A stretch of DNA of 64,000 nt. It comes from Vitrella brassicaformis CCMP3155 (taxonomy: Eukaryota > Protista > Chromerida). The stretch is from the NCBI GenBank assembly GCA_001179505.1, contig CDMY01000298.1, positions 1-64,000 on the forward strand, in the 5' to 3' direction. The notes under the pieces are model-generated. The model was not told the origin of the DNA. It was given only the letters and a program-made list of their open reading frames with translations, and did no database searches. Position numbers and translations under genes: made by a program. Positions 38,990-51,519 of this stretch are shown in pieces. Position 1 is the first letter of the stretch. Each line of letters opens with the position of its first letter.

Positions 38990-39022
<33 letters not shown>

Positions 39023-42000
39023 CTTCAGGTGGTGGTGTGTCAGACGCCCAGTGAGGCCTCCCACCGCGACCCCGCCGGCGCGAGAGAGGAGCCCAAAGAG
39101 CCAAAGCACGACTCTGAGCCACCAGAGCCGAACCAAATGGACGACCTCCCTGACGAGCCCGATGAGTTGCCGCCCTCGCCGGGCGACTCGCAACCACCAC
39201 CACGACCCGATGACCCATCCCCGCCACCAGCAGAAGCGGCACCAGCAGCACCAGCGCCCCCACCCGCTCCACCGGCTGTCGACCAGGCGACCAAGGAGAA
39301 GAGCGACCAGCGAAGAGAAGGGGGGCCGGCTGCGACAGAGCAGCTTGTCGATCCTCCTCGCGACCAGCCTCGCCAGACTGACCCAGAGCAGCGCGGAGGA
39401 GACCTATGCAACACAGGCATGGCCGAGAAGGATGAGTCAAGGCAGGCCAAGGAGGACGCGGCCCCCATGGGCGATGAGGGTCTTCCAGCTGGTGGGTCGC
39501 TGGCCGACCAGACGCCCAACCAGCAGCCATCTGCGAGTACATGTAACAAGACGGAGGAGGGGAGGGATGTCAGTCCGTCCGACAAGGCCGCAGCCAACCC
39601 ACCACCAGCACGACGCGACGATGGCCAAGGAGAGGAGGAAGAGGTGGGCGAGGTCGAGAGCCCAGACGAGCCCACCCCAGCCGCCACTAAGCCGCCGTCG
39701 CCAGCCCGAGGTGAGGAGAAGGGTAAGAGCCGTGAGGAGTCCAAAGCCACCGAGGAGCCTCCAGCGGCAGCCGCCACTGGTGCGTCACCGCCGTGCAGGG
39801 ACGACAAGAAGGCAAAGGATGGCGAGCAGCGTGGAGGGGAGAGCCACACAGAAGCCAAGCAGGAGGAGGAGCAGCAGCAGCAGGACCAGCAGGTGGCACG
39901 CTCTCCTCCCGCAATACCTGTGGCCCCGGCGGTGTGTCTCAACGACGAGGCCATGCTCGACGAGGACATGACCCCCGCCGCCGCACCCGCTCCACCACCA
40001 GCCAAGCCACCTTCCCCTCTGCCAGCCGAGCCACCCCGCGAGCCAACTCCACCTGCATCACCCGAGAAGGGCCCGGCAGCCAAACCACCTCAAGACACTC
40101 ACACGGCCAACCGAGACAAGAAAGAGGACAAGAAGGGCACCGAGGATGGGCAGAAGGGCCCGGCTGCGTCAGAAGAGGAGAGCCCGGCGGGTCATGGAAG
40201 GGCTGGCAGCGGTGATGGGAGTGTGAGGGAGAGCGAGAAGGACGACGGTGGCCGTTCTGAGGTGCAGATGTCGGTGGATGGGGGCGAGAGCACGGGACGC
40301 AACGATGACAGGGACGGGGACAAGGACAAGGACAAGAACAAAAAGAAGAAGCGGGCGAGGGGGCCATCGCCGCCTGCGGACCTATTCGACGGGTGGGTGA
40401 GGGACACCACACCACACAGCACACACGACCACACGGACACATGAATGAGCAACACGCGCCTTCCTGTCCTCCCTGTTGTAGGTACACCCCTCAGCTCATC
40501 TTCACATCAGTACGTCGTCGCGAGATCAAGCGCCGCGACCCCAACGTCCCCCCCGACCAGCTGCACGAGCGTGTGTGCAAGTCATGGGAGGCCTTCCAGC
40601 AGCTGCCTCAGCACGAGCAGCAAGAGTTCACAAGCCAACTGGAGGCCTGCCGGCTGGGCAACCCCCACATCCCACTCGCGGCCTTCTTCAGCAACCAGCC
40701 GGTCATCACGCCAATCGAGCAGCGGGAGAGAGAGCAACGGGGAGAGGGTAAGGGCGAGCCGGCGGCTGCTGCGGCCGCTGAGAGGCCGAGGGCTGCCACC
40801 AAGCGCGGACCGTCCCCTTCTGCCGCCCCTCCATCTGACCGTGCTGCAAGCGCTGCGTCGGCTCCAGACGACCAGCAGGACAAACCGGTGAAGAAGAGGA
40901 AATACCGGTCTCGCGAGGTGCCCCCCGCCCCCCTCCCCTCTCTCCAGCTTCCGGGCATCGCAAGTCGGCGGAGCCCTCCAGGCCGCGACGACGAATCGCC
41001 ACAAGTAGGCGTGGGTTTCCTGCGAGCCCATCTGAAGCCCGAGGGTGCGACCGTGCGTTATCGGCCGATGGTGCTGGACTACAGCAGCAACGGCGGTGGG
41101 ATGGTGCGGGGCAGTTTGAGTGTGGAGAAGTACCGTGGCAAGAGGGGAGCAGGGAGTGGGGGTGGGGCGGGCAAGGGGGCCGCTGCTAGTGCAGCTGCTG
41201 CTGTGGCTCTGGTGAGAGAGCTGAGTGCGTGGGACTGGTGGATGGGCAAAGACAAAAACACCGCCACTGCTGGTACGTACTTACGGGGATGGGGAGGGAG
41301 AAAACGACCACAGCACGATTGATTGTCTCATTGCGCTGCGCACGTTCTCCTTGTCTCTGTGTGTCTGTGTGGGTCAGGTGCGGCTGTGCAGTATGCGTAC
41401 AAGACGGCTCCCACGGCCTACACGGCCTGGTGGGACGCCAAGGTCATCGAGGCAAACCACGCCAACATACACATACGATTCAGGACCGCAGCCAACGCAC
41501 CAGCACAGGTCAGTCAGCAGCAGACCCCTCCACCCTCATGCTGTAGGCATCTGTTGTGTCACGTGTATGCAGACAAGGTGGCTGACGCGTGAGCAGTTCC
41601 TGCCCTGCTCAGTGCCCGTGCGCGACCCGCCAGAGGGCGTGTTCCGCATCACGCCGCCAGGGGTGGAGAGGGACGCCTCAGATCTCTACGTGGGTGCGTG
41701 CGTGTGTGTGGCCAACGAGGAGAACACACTCGAGCTGTACGATGCGGTAATCCTGGACGTCTTCCGCGACGGCGGGGGACGCGACAAGTGAGTGAGCCAG
41801 AACGTGGCCATGACAGTGACGCATTCTCTCCATCCATGGAATCTTCTTTCTCTTTCCTTCTCTCAGCGGGCCATCTGTGAAGCTCTTCTACTTCGTCGAT
41901 AATGGCATCGATGACCGGCTGAAGGCCTCCTACGTGCGGCACAAGCTGCCCTACGAGCTGCACCCCTCGCCCCTCTCTCCCGCCCGCGACGCACCCAACC

Positions 42001-42770
42001 AGCAGGCGGCCACGCCCGACGAGAGTTACGACTGGACGGTGCCGCGGCCGTGCGACACGCCCAAGAACAAGGAGGGTCCCTCCATCAACATGACACTCAT
42101 ACCTTACTGGATCGACTGCCCGGCGTCGGCACACGTCTGGCGGCACGTCGATGCGGCCATTGTGCTGCCCAAGGGCGCACAGCCGGCCATCCCCGACCTC
42201 TGCGGACAGCCAGGCGAGAGCAACAACAGCAAGAGGGAGGAGGGAGGTGGTGCAGACGACGTCGGGCGTGAGAGAGACGACAGTGACAGCGACGAGTCGT
42301 CGTCAGAGGAGGAGGAGCAGCTACTGGAGAGCCGGCTGGCGAAGCTGCCCATCAACCTGGACACAGCTGCCGACGGGGAGCCCTCATCGCCATCGTCCGA
42401 GGAGAGCAGGGAAAAGGAGAAGAAGCACAAGAAACGGAAACAGACTGAGACGAAGAAAGATAAAGACAAAGCCAAAGGCGAGGGTGGCGGCCGTGACCGT
42501 GACGCCCATCCCAGCCACAAGCCACCCCCCAAGAAACGCAAGAAGGACCAACAAGACGGCGGCAAGAAGTCCTCCCTCTCGCCCCGGTTCGCCGTGTCGC
42601 CGCCGCGTGCCATGGTGCCGGTGAAGGAGCTCAAGCCGCCGCCCAAGAGGCGGCACGATGAGGGGCAGGGGGAGGGGGCATCAGACGAGGGTGGTGACAG
42701 CAGCAGCCACGCTGACAAGGGCAGACTGGCCGCACCGTCCATCGGTCAGCAAGCGCACATGTCTCTATGA
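37767..42770 (+). CDS. Large low-complexity putative chromatin protein: N-terminal Cys/His motif, HMG-box-like segment, tandem Tudor/Agenet-like segments
   Basis: Spliceable from MDTLTVFCSACG..CPANGGGDH; LIFTSVRRREIKRRDPNVPPDQLHERVCKSWEAFQQLP..EQQEF (HMG-like); AWWDAKVIEANHANIHIRF and LELYDAVILDV (Tudor-like); long P/E/K-rich linkers. Confidence 0.55.
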
Positions 42771-43599
42771 CATGACATGAAAACACCACACCTACTGAGT
42801 TGAGTGTGTCTGTTGGTTGCGTGTGTTCGTAATGGATGCAGGTAGCAGCCAGGGCTGCGAGAAGGCTGGTGCGGGTTCGTCTGAGGGCAACTGGGTGCGG
42901 CGGAGCAGCCGCATGTCGCAGCCGCCAATGGAACGCTTTTTTTCGAGATGATAGCTGAGTGAAAGGTGCGTAATACGGAACGAATGGATTATTGCATTGA
43001 TATCGAATCGAGACCAGGGATGGATGATTTCTGTGTCTATTATCCGAGTGCTGCCGTGTGTGTTACCTTCTCATTGCATTGCGTGTGTGGGGGTCTCGGT
43101 TCTCATTGAAACCTTCAACCCTCTCAGCCATGAGAAGCAGAAACTCATGGCTGGGTCGGTTGCGGGAGGATGTGCGGACCGAAACCATCACGCAGACGCT
43201 TGTGTGGATGCCAGCCACACTGAGTCGATGAATGCAATGCAAACAAAGAGAATGAACACTTTCCTTCTTCGTCGTCAAGAAGGAAGGCACTCATTGAGTC
43301 ATGAATGAAGTCTTTAAGCGACGTGTCAGCTGCAGCACGGCAGGGAAGGGCGGGGGAAAGAAAGTGTCTCCGACAGGTCGCCATCCATCCATGCACACAG
43401 CTAAGAGCAGTAATACATCGTCAGTATCGAGTCGTTGTCATTCAGAAAGGGATAGTCAGGCAGATCCCCAGCAACCTGTTCACAATACAGGCACACGAAA
43501 CGCACCCCACCACACCACAGCAGACACCACAGCAGCCCTTTCCCTTTGACCGACAAGCTCTTGCATGCCCATGCATCCCCACCGTGTGTGTCTGTGTAG

Positions 43600-46420
43600 T
43601 GTACCTCGGTGTTCGTCAGCGTCACACGAGCATCATCAGCCTCTCGTGGTCCCTGATAGCTCGTCGACCAGACGGGGACAAACATGGGATTGGTCGGTAC
43701 CGATGGCTGCGGCACTGCACGCCCTTCCGAATCTGTCGGACAACCGCACCCCAGCACTTCGACGCGCACCTCCGCCAGCGACGGGTCTTGTGTGCTGCAA
43801 CACGCAGAAGACACCGCATACGTCTCGGCTGCCCGATCCGATCCATAGATGATGTAATATCGTTCGTGTGTCTGCTTACATACAGTTGGTGTTGTTTGTT
43901 GCCCAGCTTCGAGGTCTCCTCCTCGTTGGTCTGCGGACCGTCCGTGTCCTGACGAACCACCAAGACGGAAGCCAGGGATGCACTGGATCCCCTGACAGCA
44001 CCGTGCAACGGGGGGGTGGATGAGGCCAGGCCATGGCTGCCTGTCTGTGTCTCCCCTTACCGGTCTTTCGTCGCTTATGTCGCGGCGAGCACGGCGCGAG
44101 GGCCTCGGCGGAGGGCTGTCTTGATCCACCTGCACCCCCTCCACCATATTCTGTGCCGTCTGCTCATCCTGAGTCTGCACCACGAACTGAGAATCTGAGA
44201 AGCGAGAGCAGGGGAGATGAGCGGATGTCAGATCATCACACAGCCCTGCTTGTCTTACCATTCCTGGTGATCTGAGGTCCATTCTGAAGGACGGCCTTCT
44301 CGACACTCTCCGCACCATTTTGGCCACCTGCGTTGTCCCACTTGGTGAGCCCGAAGCCTGGACACTCTTCGATCCCCTGCCACACACAACAAATACGGCA
44401 CAACTTTCATGCATGTGTCGGAAGAGACGATGATGGATGGGGTGGGTGGGACGGCTCACATTCTCCAGCTGGATCCGCTTGATGCCCTTGAGGTTGTCGA
44501 TCGACGGAGGAGGAGGGCCGTAGGGAGTGCGGCAGTCGACATGGTGGCTGTGGCTGTGCCCTACCTCCACCGAATGGGAACCACGACCCACAGACGACGT
44601 CCGAGCGAATGGCGGGGTGGGTGTCGGATGCGGCTGCACAAAGGGATTGCGCGAGGGCTGTGGTCTGTCTGTCATGGTGGCTGCTGCTGTGGATGGCGTG
44701 TGGTGCTGGGGACCCGCAGGCGATGGCCGCTCGTCGGGTATCTCGGGCACAGGCTCGCGACGATCTTTGTGTTGTGCTGTGGTGGCGGTAGATGGGTCGG
44801 AGGATGGCCAAGAGCTGTTGTCATCCCTGTCGACCTTGTTGGGCTCCGACGAGCCCTCCTTGCTGGACTCGACGGCCGATGTAATGCTTGTGGAAGGGGC
44901 ATCAGTTTTTGCCTGGCGATAGGCATCGAAGATCGCCCGGAATACGCCGCGATGTTGCAGCTGGCCGGCATTGGAGGCGCTGACCAGAAACGTCCACAGG
45001 TTGCCCACAGACCACTCAAGCTCCCGGATGCAGTTGACCACACGGGCGAGGTCGGCCACACGGGCGTCATCGATGGGGAAGTAGTGCAGGGCCCGGTTGG
45101 CCACGCTGCACGCCATCAGCTGTAGTAGCGCCTTCAGCTGCGGGTCGCCCTCAAACACACCGCACCCCCAGTTTCCTGATCAATATAGAGGAGTGAGTGT
45201 GGCACGGTGTGGATCGTGTTTTCTCCCCTTGCTTACCGGAGGCAAATGGCATGCCGCCGGCGAGTCCGTTCGATCCCGTGAGAGCCACATATGCCTTGTT
45301 GAGCTCACGGAGCATGTACCCCTCGGTGTACTGCAGCTGCTTCCCATGAGGCATCTTCCCATAGTCGACCGCATCGAGCGCCACTACATAAGACTGCAGC
45401 CACCCTTGGTTGTCGAGGGGCGTCTGGTCGTCATAGGGGCCGGTGCAGCGGAAAGAACGGGCGTAACCCGTAAACGATGAGAAGCGCTTGGCGCCCACGA
45501 TGAGGGCCGACTCATTGTCCTTGAGCGGCTCCATGAATGCACGCGACACGAGGAGCTCGGGGGAGATGGCGAAACGGATCTCCTCTTGAACACATCCTAC
45601 AGATACACATACATAGGGGCACACGCACGATACAGATGGTCCATGCCATGGGTGCTTGGTGCGTTCTCACCTCGCCCGAGCGTGCCGCCGCCGAGGACAC
45701 GATTCGCGAAGTCGGCCTGCAGGTAGGGCGAGTCCTCAATCCGCGCAGCGGCGCTCTTTACGTCCACCCCCAGCAGCGGCATGTGATTCTTGGCCCATTC
45801 AGCGCTCTTGGGCAGCTGCTGTGGAGGCACGCTGAGCCGCTGGAACACCACAGTGCGGTCCGCGTCCGCCGTCTTGTTGTTCACCGATGCGGCCATTCTG
45901 AGAAGAGAGATACATGATATAGGGAGATCTCCTGTCGGTTCCAACTCCAGTGGGAGTAGAGTACCTGTTGAAGTAGACCATGAAGCAGCAGAGCTTCCAC
46001 ACGCTATCGGGTAGGGTGGATGAGACGAGGCCCGTGAAGTTGATGGATGAGGAGGTCTCTTTGCCGCCCTTGAAGAGGCAGAAGAAGCCGGCCGACAGGA
46101 TGGCGAAACATTGCCGGGCCGTGACTGCGATGGTGCCGGTGGTCACATCGTCGGGCCAGCAGCGATGGACAGCAAGAGCCTCTCTTGCCATAACGGGCAA
46201 GGCCTTCTCGAGAAAAATGCCCGTGCACCGAGGTGGGATGAGGCGGAAGACTGACGGCAGGTCATTGAAGGGCTTGTTGTGGCCAACAAAGGCGCCCTTG
46301 CATCGCGAGATCTTGGAGAGCAATTCTCGCAGCTGGCCGCTGTGATGAATGGCCTCTTTGCCGCTCGCAATGAGCCGCAGCGCGTTGGATGCGCACCGCC
46401 ACTCATCCGAATGCTGAGAA
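43600..46420 (-). CDS. PARG: Poly(ADP-ribose) glycohydrolase; both ends approximate
   Basis: [30 protein letters not shown] (GGG-x-QEE signature); GAKRFSSFTGY; LRELNKAY; GNWGCGVFEGDPQLKALLQ. Confidence 0.92.
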
Positions 46421-46716
46421 AGCAGAGAGAACATCCTGTGGGAAAGCCGTCTGCGTGCCGATTGCCGTCAGAGGAAGGGGATGCCGACTGCATCCAGGAA
46501 CACCCGAATTCCTTCCAGATCTGCCGCATTGTAGGAATACACCTTTGCGAGACTAGCGTTCGCCCGCGCGTTGCGCGAGCAGTTCTGCCCTAACGTAAAC
46601 TCATAAGTTTGGATTTTTCTCTCTGACCACAAGTGAGCCAGACATATATCAAGGTGTCAGATACAGAGAGCTTCACAAGATGCACATCTACACTGCCACA
46701 ACAAATATATCCAAAG

Positions 46717-47850
46717 TCACTCGAACGCACCCGGATACCGTCTTGCTGCCTCCCGCGTAGATTCGTCTACACCCTCACTTTTTATCTCCTCGTATCTGTC
46801 CAGGTGAAGCTGACGCCTTCGAACCGCCTGCTTCTCCTCGGAATGCTCCGCATACAGCTGTCGACGTTTCTCGGCCCTGCTGGCACAGACACGCGCATAG
46901 TCAAACCACACGCACACCCACGTCTGTTCCAGCGATTCCCTCTCTCGTGTGCACCTGCTCATTTGGCCGTCCCCCCCCATAGAATCCGGCACTCTCCACT
47001 CGTGATCGCACTGGAAGGCCTCACATAGTGCCACTGACCGCGAGAACGTCCTCTGATGCTTCGAGCGGCCAGCGTCCACTACTCGGTCGATGTAGAGCCA
47101 CAGCATTGTGCGGAGCTGCTCCTCGGTCATTGCCGATGCTGTCGTACTACCAAGAAAGGCGATGGCCGTGTCATAGGGGCTGAGTCCGTTCGCGACGGGC
47201 TGGCCGTCGATGTACGGCCGCGCCCTCTTCGCAGTGTTGCTGGAGCGGATGAGAGGCACCCTCATCCCATGCTCAGGCACGGGCTGCCGCTTGAGGACGT
47301 CGGGCTCTTCCTCGTTCGCCCTCCTCTGCTGGTGGACCATCCTCCCCAGCTTCCACGGATTTCCGGTTGGGGACCTGGCAGTGGGAAAGAAGGCCTCTTC
47401 CGCTCGAATAGCTCGAAGGCCTCTTTCGTCCATGTACGTGTCGGGCTGGATGCTCTGGTGCCTCATGGTCCCGACGCGCACTCGTCGCAGGTAACCTCCT
47501 ACAAGGACATCCCTGTATCTCTCCATAATCTCGCTGCCGGTCTTGAGCTCGGCCTCCCCACCGATCCACACCGTACGTGAGCCCACCATCCAGCCACTGT
47601 TGTCGACAGCGGGCCACCCTCTGTCGCGGGTGAGCGCCCTCTTGCTCGTCATGGTTTTTGTTCTCACACTTGCTTGGGACAGTAGGGTTCGGGTCAAGGG
47701 TTTATTGAGCTCGCAGCTCGCATATGGTTCCACCTTGGGATCCGAACCCGCGACTTCCTTTGCTCCCGCTGCACGCCTTCCCAACTGAGCTGTGGTGTGG
47801 GTGAGCCGATTCCCCCCCGAGCGCATTTTCATTTCTCCCCGCGCAGCCAC
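46717..47850 (-). CDS. Hypothetical protein (377-codon ORF; true start may be ATG 47651; may contain one in-frame intron)
   Basis: Long stop-free frame with coding-like composition, divergent from the gene at 47982; no domain recognised. Confidence 0.5.
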   Translation of the reverse strand: MAARGEMKMRSGGNRLTHTTAQLGRRAAGAKEVAGSDPKVEPYASCELNKPLTRTLLSQASVRTKTMTSKRALTRDRGWPAVDNSGWMVGSRTVWIGGEAELKTGSEIMERYRDVLVGGYLRRVRVGTMRHQSIQPDTYMDERGLRAIRAEEAFFPTARSPTGNPWKLGRMVHQQRRANEEEPDVLKRQPVPEHGMRVPLIRSSNTAKRARPYIDGQPVANGLSPYDTAIAFLGSTTASAMTEEQLRTMLWLYIDRVVDAGRSKHQRTFSRSVALCEAFQCDHEWRVPDSMGGDGQMSRCTRERESLEQTWVCVWFDYARVCASRAEKRRQLYAEHSEEKQAVRRRQLHLDRYEEIKSEGVDESTREAARRYPGAFE

Positions 47851-47954
47851 GCCGCGTCAGGCCCTGCGGACGGAGCACGTTGAATGCGGCGGGCACCCGC
47901 GTCGTTTAACACGACCCTCCAGAGCGGGGGGGCAAGTGGAGTATAGAGAGATTT

Positions 47955-47968
47955 GGCTAAGCTCGCAG
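47955..47968 (+). promoter_or_regulatory. GGCTAAGCTCGCAG candidate motif, 13 nt before ATG 47982
   Basis: Exact 14-mer shared with 55727-55740. Confidence 0.4.
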
Positions 47969-47981
47969 ATGGATCGCCGCG

Positions 47982-50494
47982 ATGGATGTTGAGAAGGACA
48001 GGTGTGGTGGGGTGGAAGAGCTAATGCAGCACGTGAACTTCTGGGGCCTGGAGCGCCTCAGGTCCGATGAATCTGCCAGCCCCATTTCGCCACTTCTCGC
48101 GGTGGTTTCTGCTGTGTTTGTATGTAGGGCTGAGTTCGGTATGCTGGACGACGACCAAGATGAGAGGTTGACCGGTGTGCAGGCCTCAGTCTTGCTGCGG
48201 GTCAATGGCAACCTCTCAGACCAAGACGTCACACACATCCTTGCAGGCAAAACAGGAATGGGTACCATTCGATGCAGTCCAAGTGTGTTTTCGGTGTGTG
48301 TTACCTTTGCAGAAGCCCCAAAGAGGGTGGACTTCCCGTCGTTCTGCTCCCTGCTGCTACAGGCTCTCATGGCCGATGCCAATCGGTCGCTGCCTTCGCC
48401 AGAGGAGCTTCAGGGGGCGTTGGAGTGGCTGGGGCGGGAGAGTGGACGTGGTTTCCTGGATGTGGATGGACTGATGGGGGTGATCGATCAGCCTGAGGAG
48501 GGAGGGAGCAGCGTCGGGCAGGGGGGGAGGGCAATGCTCAAGGAGGAGATGCAGTGCGATGAGGACGGCAGGATTGACTGCCGGAGGCTGGCATACAGGT
48601 GAACCAACAAACGTACTGCAAATAATTGCGTGAGTGTGCGCCTTCCTTGGGACACACTGGACACACTGCAGGTTGCTCAATGAGTATCCACCAGAGGACG
48701 CCGGCTGCCAAGACAGAGAGACTCAGATGAGTGGCGAGAAGATGGAGGCCACTATCCATGCACTAAGAGGTCCGCAGACCGTAGAAGAAAGCACAAACTT
48801 CAATCATGGCTATGTTGTGTTCCCTTTTTCTTTACAGCTGTGTGCTCGGCTGAGTTTCGCAGCCCTAAGAGGGCCAACCTTTCGGCCAAGAGCAGCAGCC
48901 CCAACGCATCGATGCCGCCCACGTATCCGGCCGCTGCTGAAGAGGAGATGGACTCGCCGACCCACCATCCACCGCCACAGCCACAGAATGATGTGCCAGT
49001 GCAAGCTGCTGAAGAAGAGTCCAATTCTCCCTTTGCCGATATGGACAAGTGGGCAATGAGAAAACAATCGAGCAGCTTGCTTGACAATTGCGTCTTTGCG
49101 TGTGTAGCGGTGTAGATGTGTCGTTCCCAGAGGGGGCTGAGAGCACTCCTGTCTCCAGGTGGATGATTCCTGAGGTGTATGCGTCACAAATGGGCCTCAG
49201 CGTGAGCGCGAAGTTGGCAGCTGACACATCACCATGATACAAGTCTCCTTGTCGCCGCACAGCATGGCCGTCACCGCACCTCTCAGCTGAGGAAGGAGAG
49301 CGCGGCGGCATCATCACTTGAGGAAATCAACCAGGACGACGAGGCGGTGTATCAGCTGCTGAGGCCCCTCTTGCTGATGGATCTGCCTCACCCCTGGACC
49401 GCGGTGATGGACCCAACAAATCGGGTGTACTTCTACCACCCCGGGGCTGTGCACTCACAGGTGAGGCGTGACACAGGAAGAGAGAGAGATGCATCTATCT
49501 GCGTCTTCCCTTGCTTGCAGTGGCAGCATCCTCTGGAGCACTTCTTCATGGCTTTGATCACACTCCTCCGGTCGCTGATGCCCGGAGAGCTGCATGAGCC
49601 CAACAGGATGAAGGCCATCATCACTGTAAGCTGACAGACGCAGGCACACACACACACACACCTCTCTCTCTCTCTCTCTCTCTCTCTGCGCGCGCGCGCG
49701 TGTGTGTGTGTAGGAGAAGGTCTCGGCCCTCCTCTCCCCCACCAACATTCTCAGGTCTTATGGTCTATGGGAGGGCCCTTTCTCTGAGGACACAGCAGGC
49801 GCATCAGCGGCTCACCCTCGATGCTGGTACGTCGAGGAAATGGACGAAGCCACGAGTGTCTCCCTCCCGGCCCCTTTTGGGAGCCAGCAGCGGAACACTC
49901 ATGGCATGCCTTCACGTCAGAGAGGGCCGCACGCGAGGTGGGACAATCCAGCGAGATCGGTGGCCAACGAGATATACGTCAAGATCAGGTGTGTGAGGGG
50001 AAAGGCAACGAGCACGGGCTGCGAATGACGAGAATCCTTCCACTGGTCAGGATGCTGCGCGAGCTCTGGGGTGCTTTAGTGCCTGAGGAGCCCTTCATCT
50101 ACACCGATGACGAGCTGAGACACCAATGCAAGGCCGTCAGCACGGTGACAGCACGCTTGCTCCTTTTGTCTCATGCATGTGTGCTCTTGTCGTGTTGATA
50201 TATGTGTGCAGTGTGTGTTAAGGTCTCGACAGGATGCTGGAGACACGAGTGACGAGACGCCGCCTCGTTTGGTGCCGCCGTTTGGTGTGTGTGCGTCGCC
50301 GCAGAGCCCCGCACCAAGCAAGAGGACATTTGAATGCTTGTGATGCACAGAAATCGACCGCATATATGTCTCAAGAGTTGGCTTATGACGCTTTGGGCGT
50401 GTGCGTGGACAAGAGATGCGCAGATTTCCTTTTGCTTCAATCAATAGTTCCATTCACTGTGCATCATGCCTCCCTCCTCTCTCGCAGTCGTTAG
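47982..50494 (+). CDS. EF-hand-like N-terminus plus CEP164-like WW region protein; 3' end approximate
   Basis: FGMLDDDQDERLT, VDFPSFCSLL, CDEDGRIDCRRL (degenerate EF-hands); LPHPWTAVMDPTNRVYFYHPGAVHSQWQHP (WW). Confidence 0.55.
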
Positions 50495-50508
50495 TGTCAC
50501 AATCGTGC

Positions 50509-51332
50509 TCAGAGAGAGAGTCCCGCAGCGATTTGCACGACAGTCAGCGCAAATGCTGCCGAGTAGAAGGCACCGGTGTGGCGCATGACGTTGAGACTCT
50601 TCGCGGCACCTCTGCCAGCGGTCGCGATGCATTTCCACCTGAGCAGTAAAAGGAAGACACCGCAGCCAAGTGGAGTGACAGACGATGCGGAGGTCCGGAA
50701 GTGGTAGCCGCCAATCACCAAAAAGGGACACAAGCATCGTGCCATTGAATGAGATGATGATGCCATTAGTTGTCGTCTCTTACGTGCGTTGTCATTGCAC
50801 TTGTGGTCTGTGCATGTGCTCCAGCAGACACACGAGCTGCCACACGACTTGGGAGCCAAGTCCTCACACAGCAAAATCTTGCCCGGGCCTTGAAAAGCTT
50901 CCATCCTAAAGACACACAGGCAGAGTAGACGAGAGAAAGAGAGAGACACGGATGCAGCCAAGCCATGTGTTGATGTCTTACGCTGTGCATAGGACTCTCT
51001 CTTGCTGTGGAGGACAACCCTTCTTGGTCGTCTGCTGTGCGTCCACAGCAAACCGTAGGCCGCTCTTGAGGGCGCCAGGGTCGCAGAAAGCTGCACAAAA
51101 ACACACACACACACGCACAGACACTCACAATCCAAAGAGGAGCATGGGGTTGTGAGTGATCGGGACCTCTGCAGTTGCTGAAACACGACTGTCCCACGGC
51201 GAGGCGCTGCGCGTACTCACACAAGGGGATTTCACCTCTGCCTGTTATGTCAGCTTGCGACAGGATGAGGTGATTCGCTGTGGCAACAGTCACGCCACAT
51301 GCCGAGACGAGCAACAACAGCAGCACTCTCAT
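50509..51332 (-). CDS. Small secreted Cys-rich, possibly GPI-anchored surface protein
   Basis: Signal peptide MRVLLLLLVSACGVTVATA; spliced exons give SFC..GCPP..VLC..LLC..KSCGSSCVCWSTCTDHKCND; hydrophobic tail FYSAAFALTVVQIAAGLSL* (last splice junction uncertain). Confidence 0.55.
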
Positions 51333-51519
51333 TGTCTTCCTTCTCAGCGGCAGTCAGAGAGACTCTCCAGTGGCAGTCAGAGCAACGTGTGTGTGTACCG
51401 CTCGTAAGAGAGTGCGTATAATTGGACGTTAAATACACATGACATACATACAAACATGTCTGAATGTCTCATCATTCATTCGCTCATTCGCCCATTTGCC
51501 CATCCACTCATTCACTCAC

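Noticed and set aside
38948-40444. Long overlapping antisense ORFs (e.g. 39040..40083, 38282..39193) and many short six-frame ORFs
   Set aside because: Shadow frames of GC-rich low-complexity exons, or translations of CA/TG intron repeats.
43880-44390. Twice-occurring GIxxxPGFxL peptide in the PARG C-terminal exons
   Set aside because: Depends on uncertain splicing and is only a short match; not enough to call a repeat domain.
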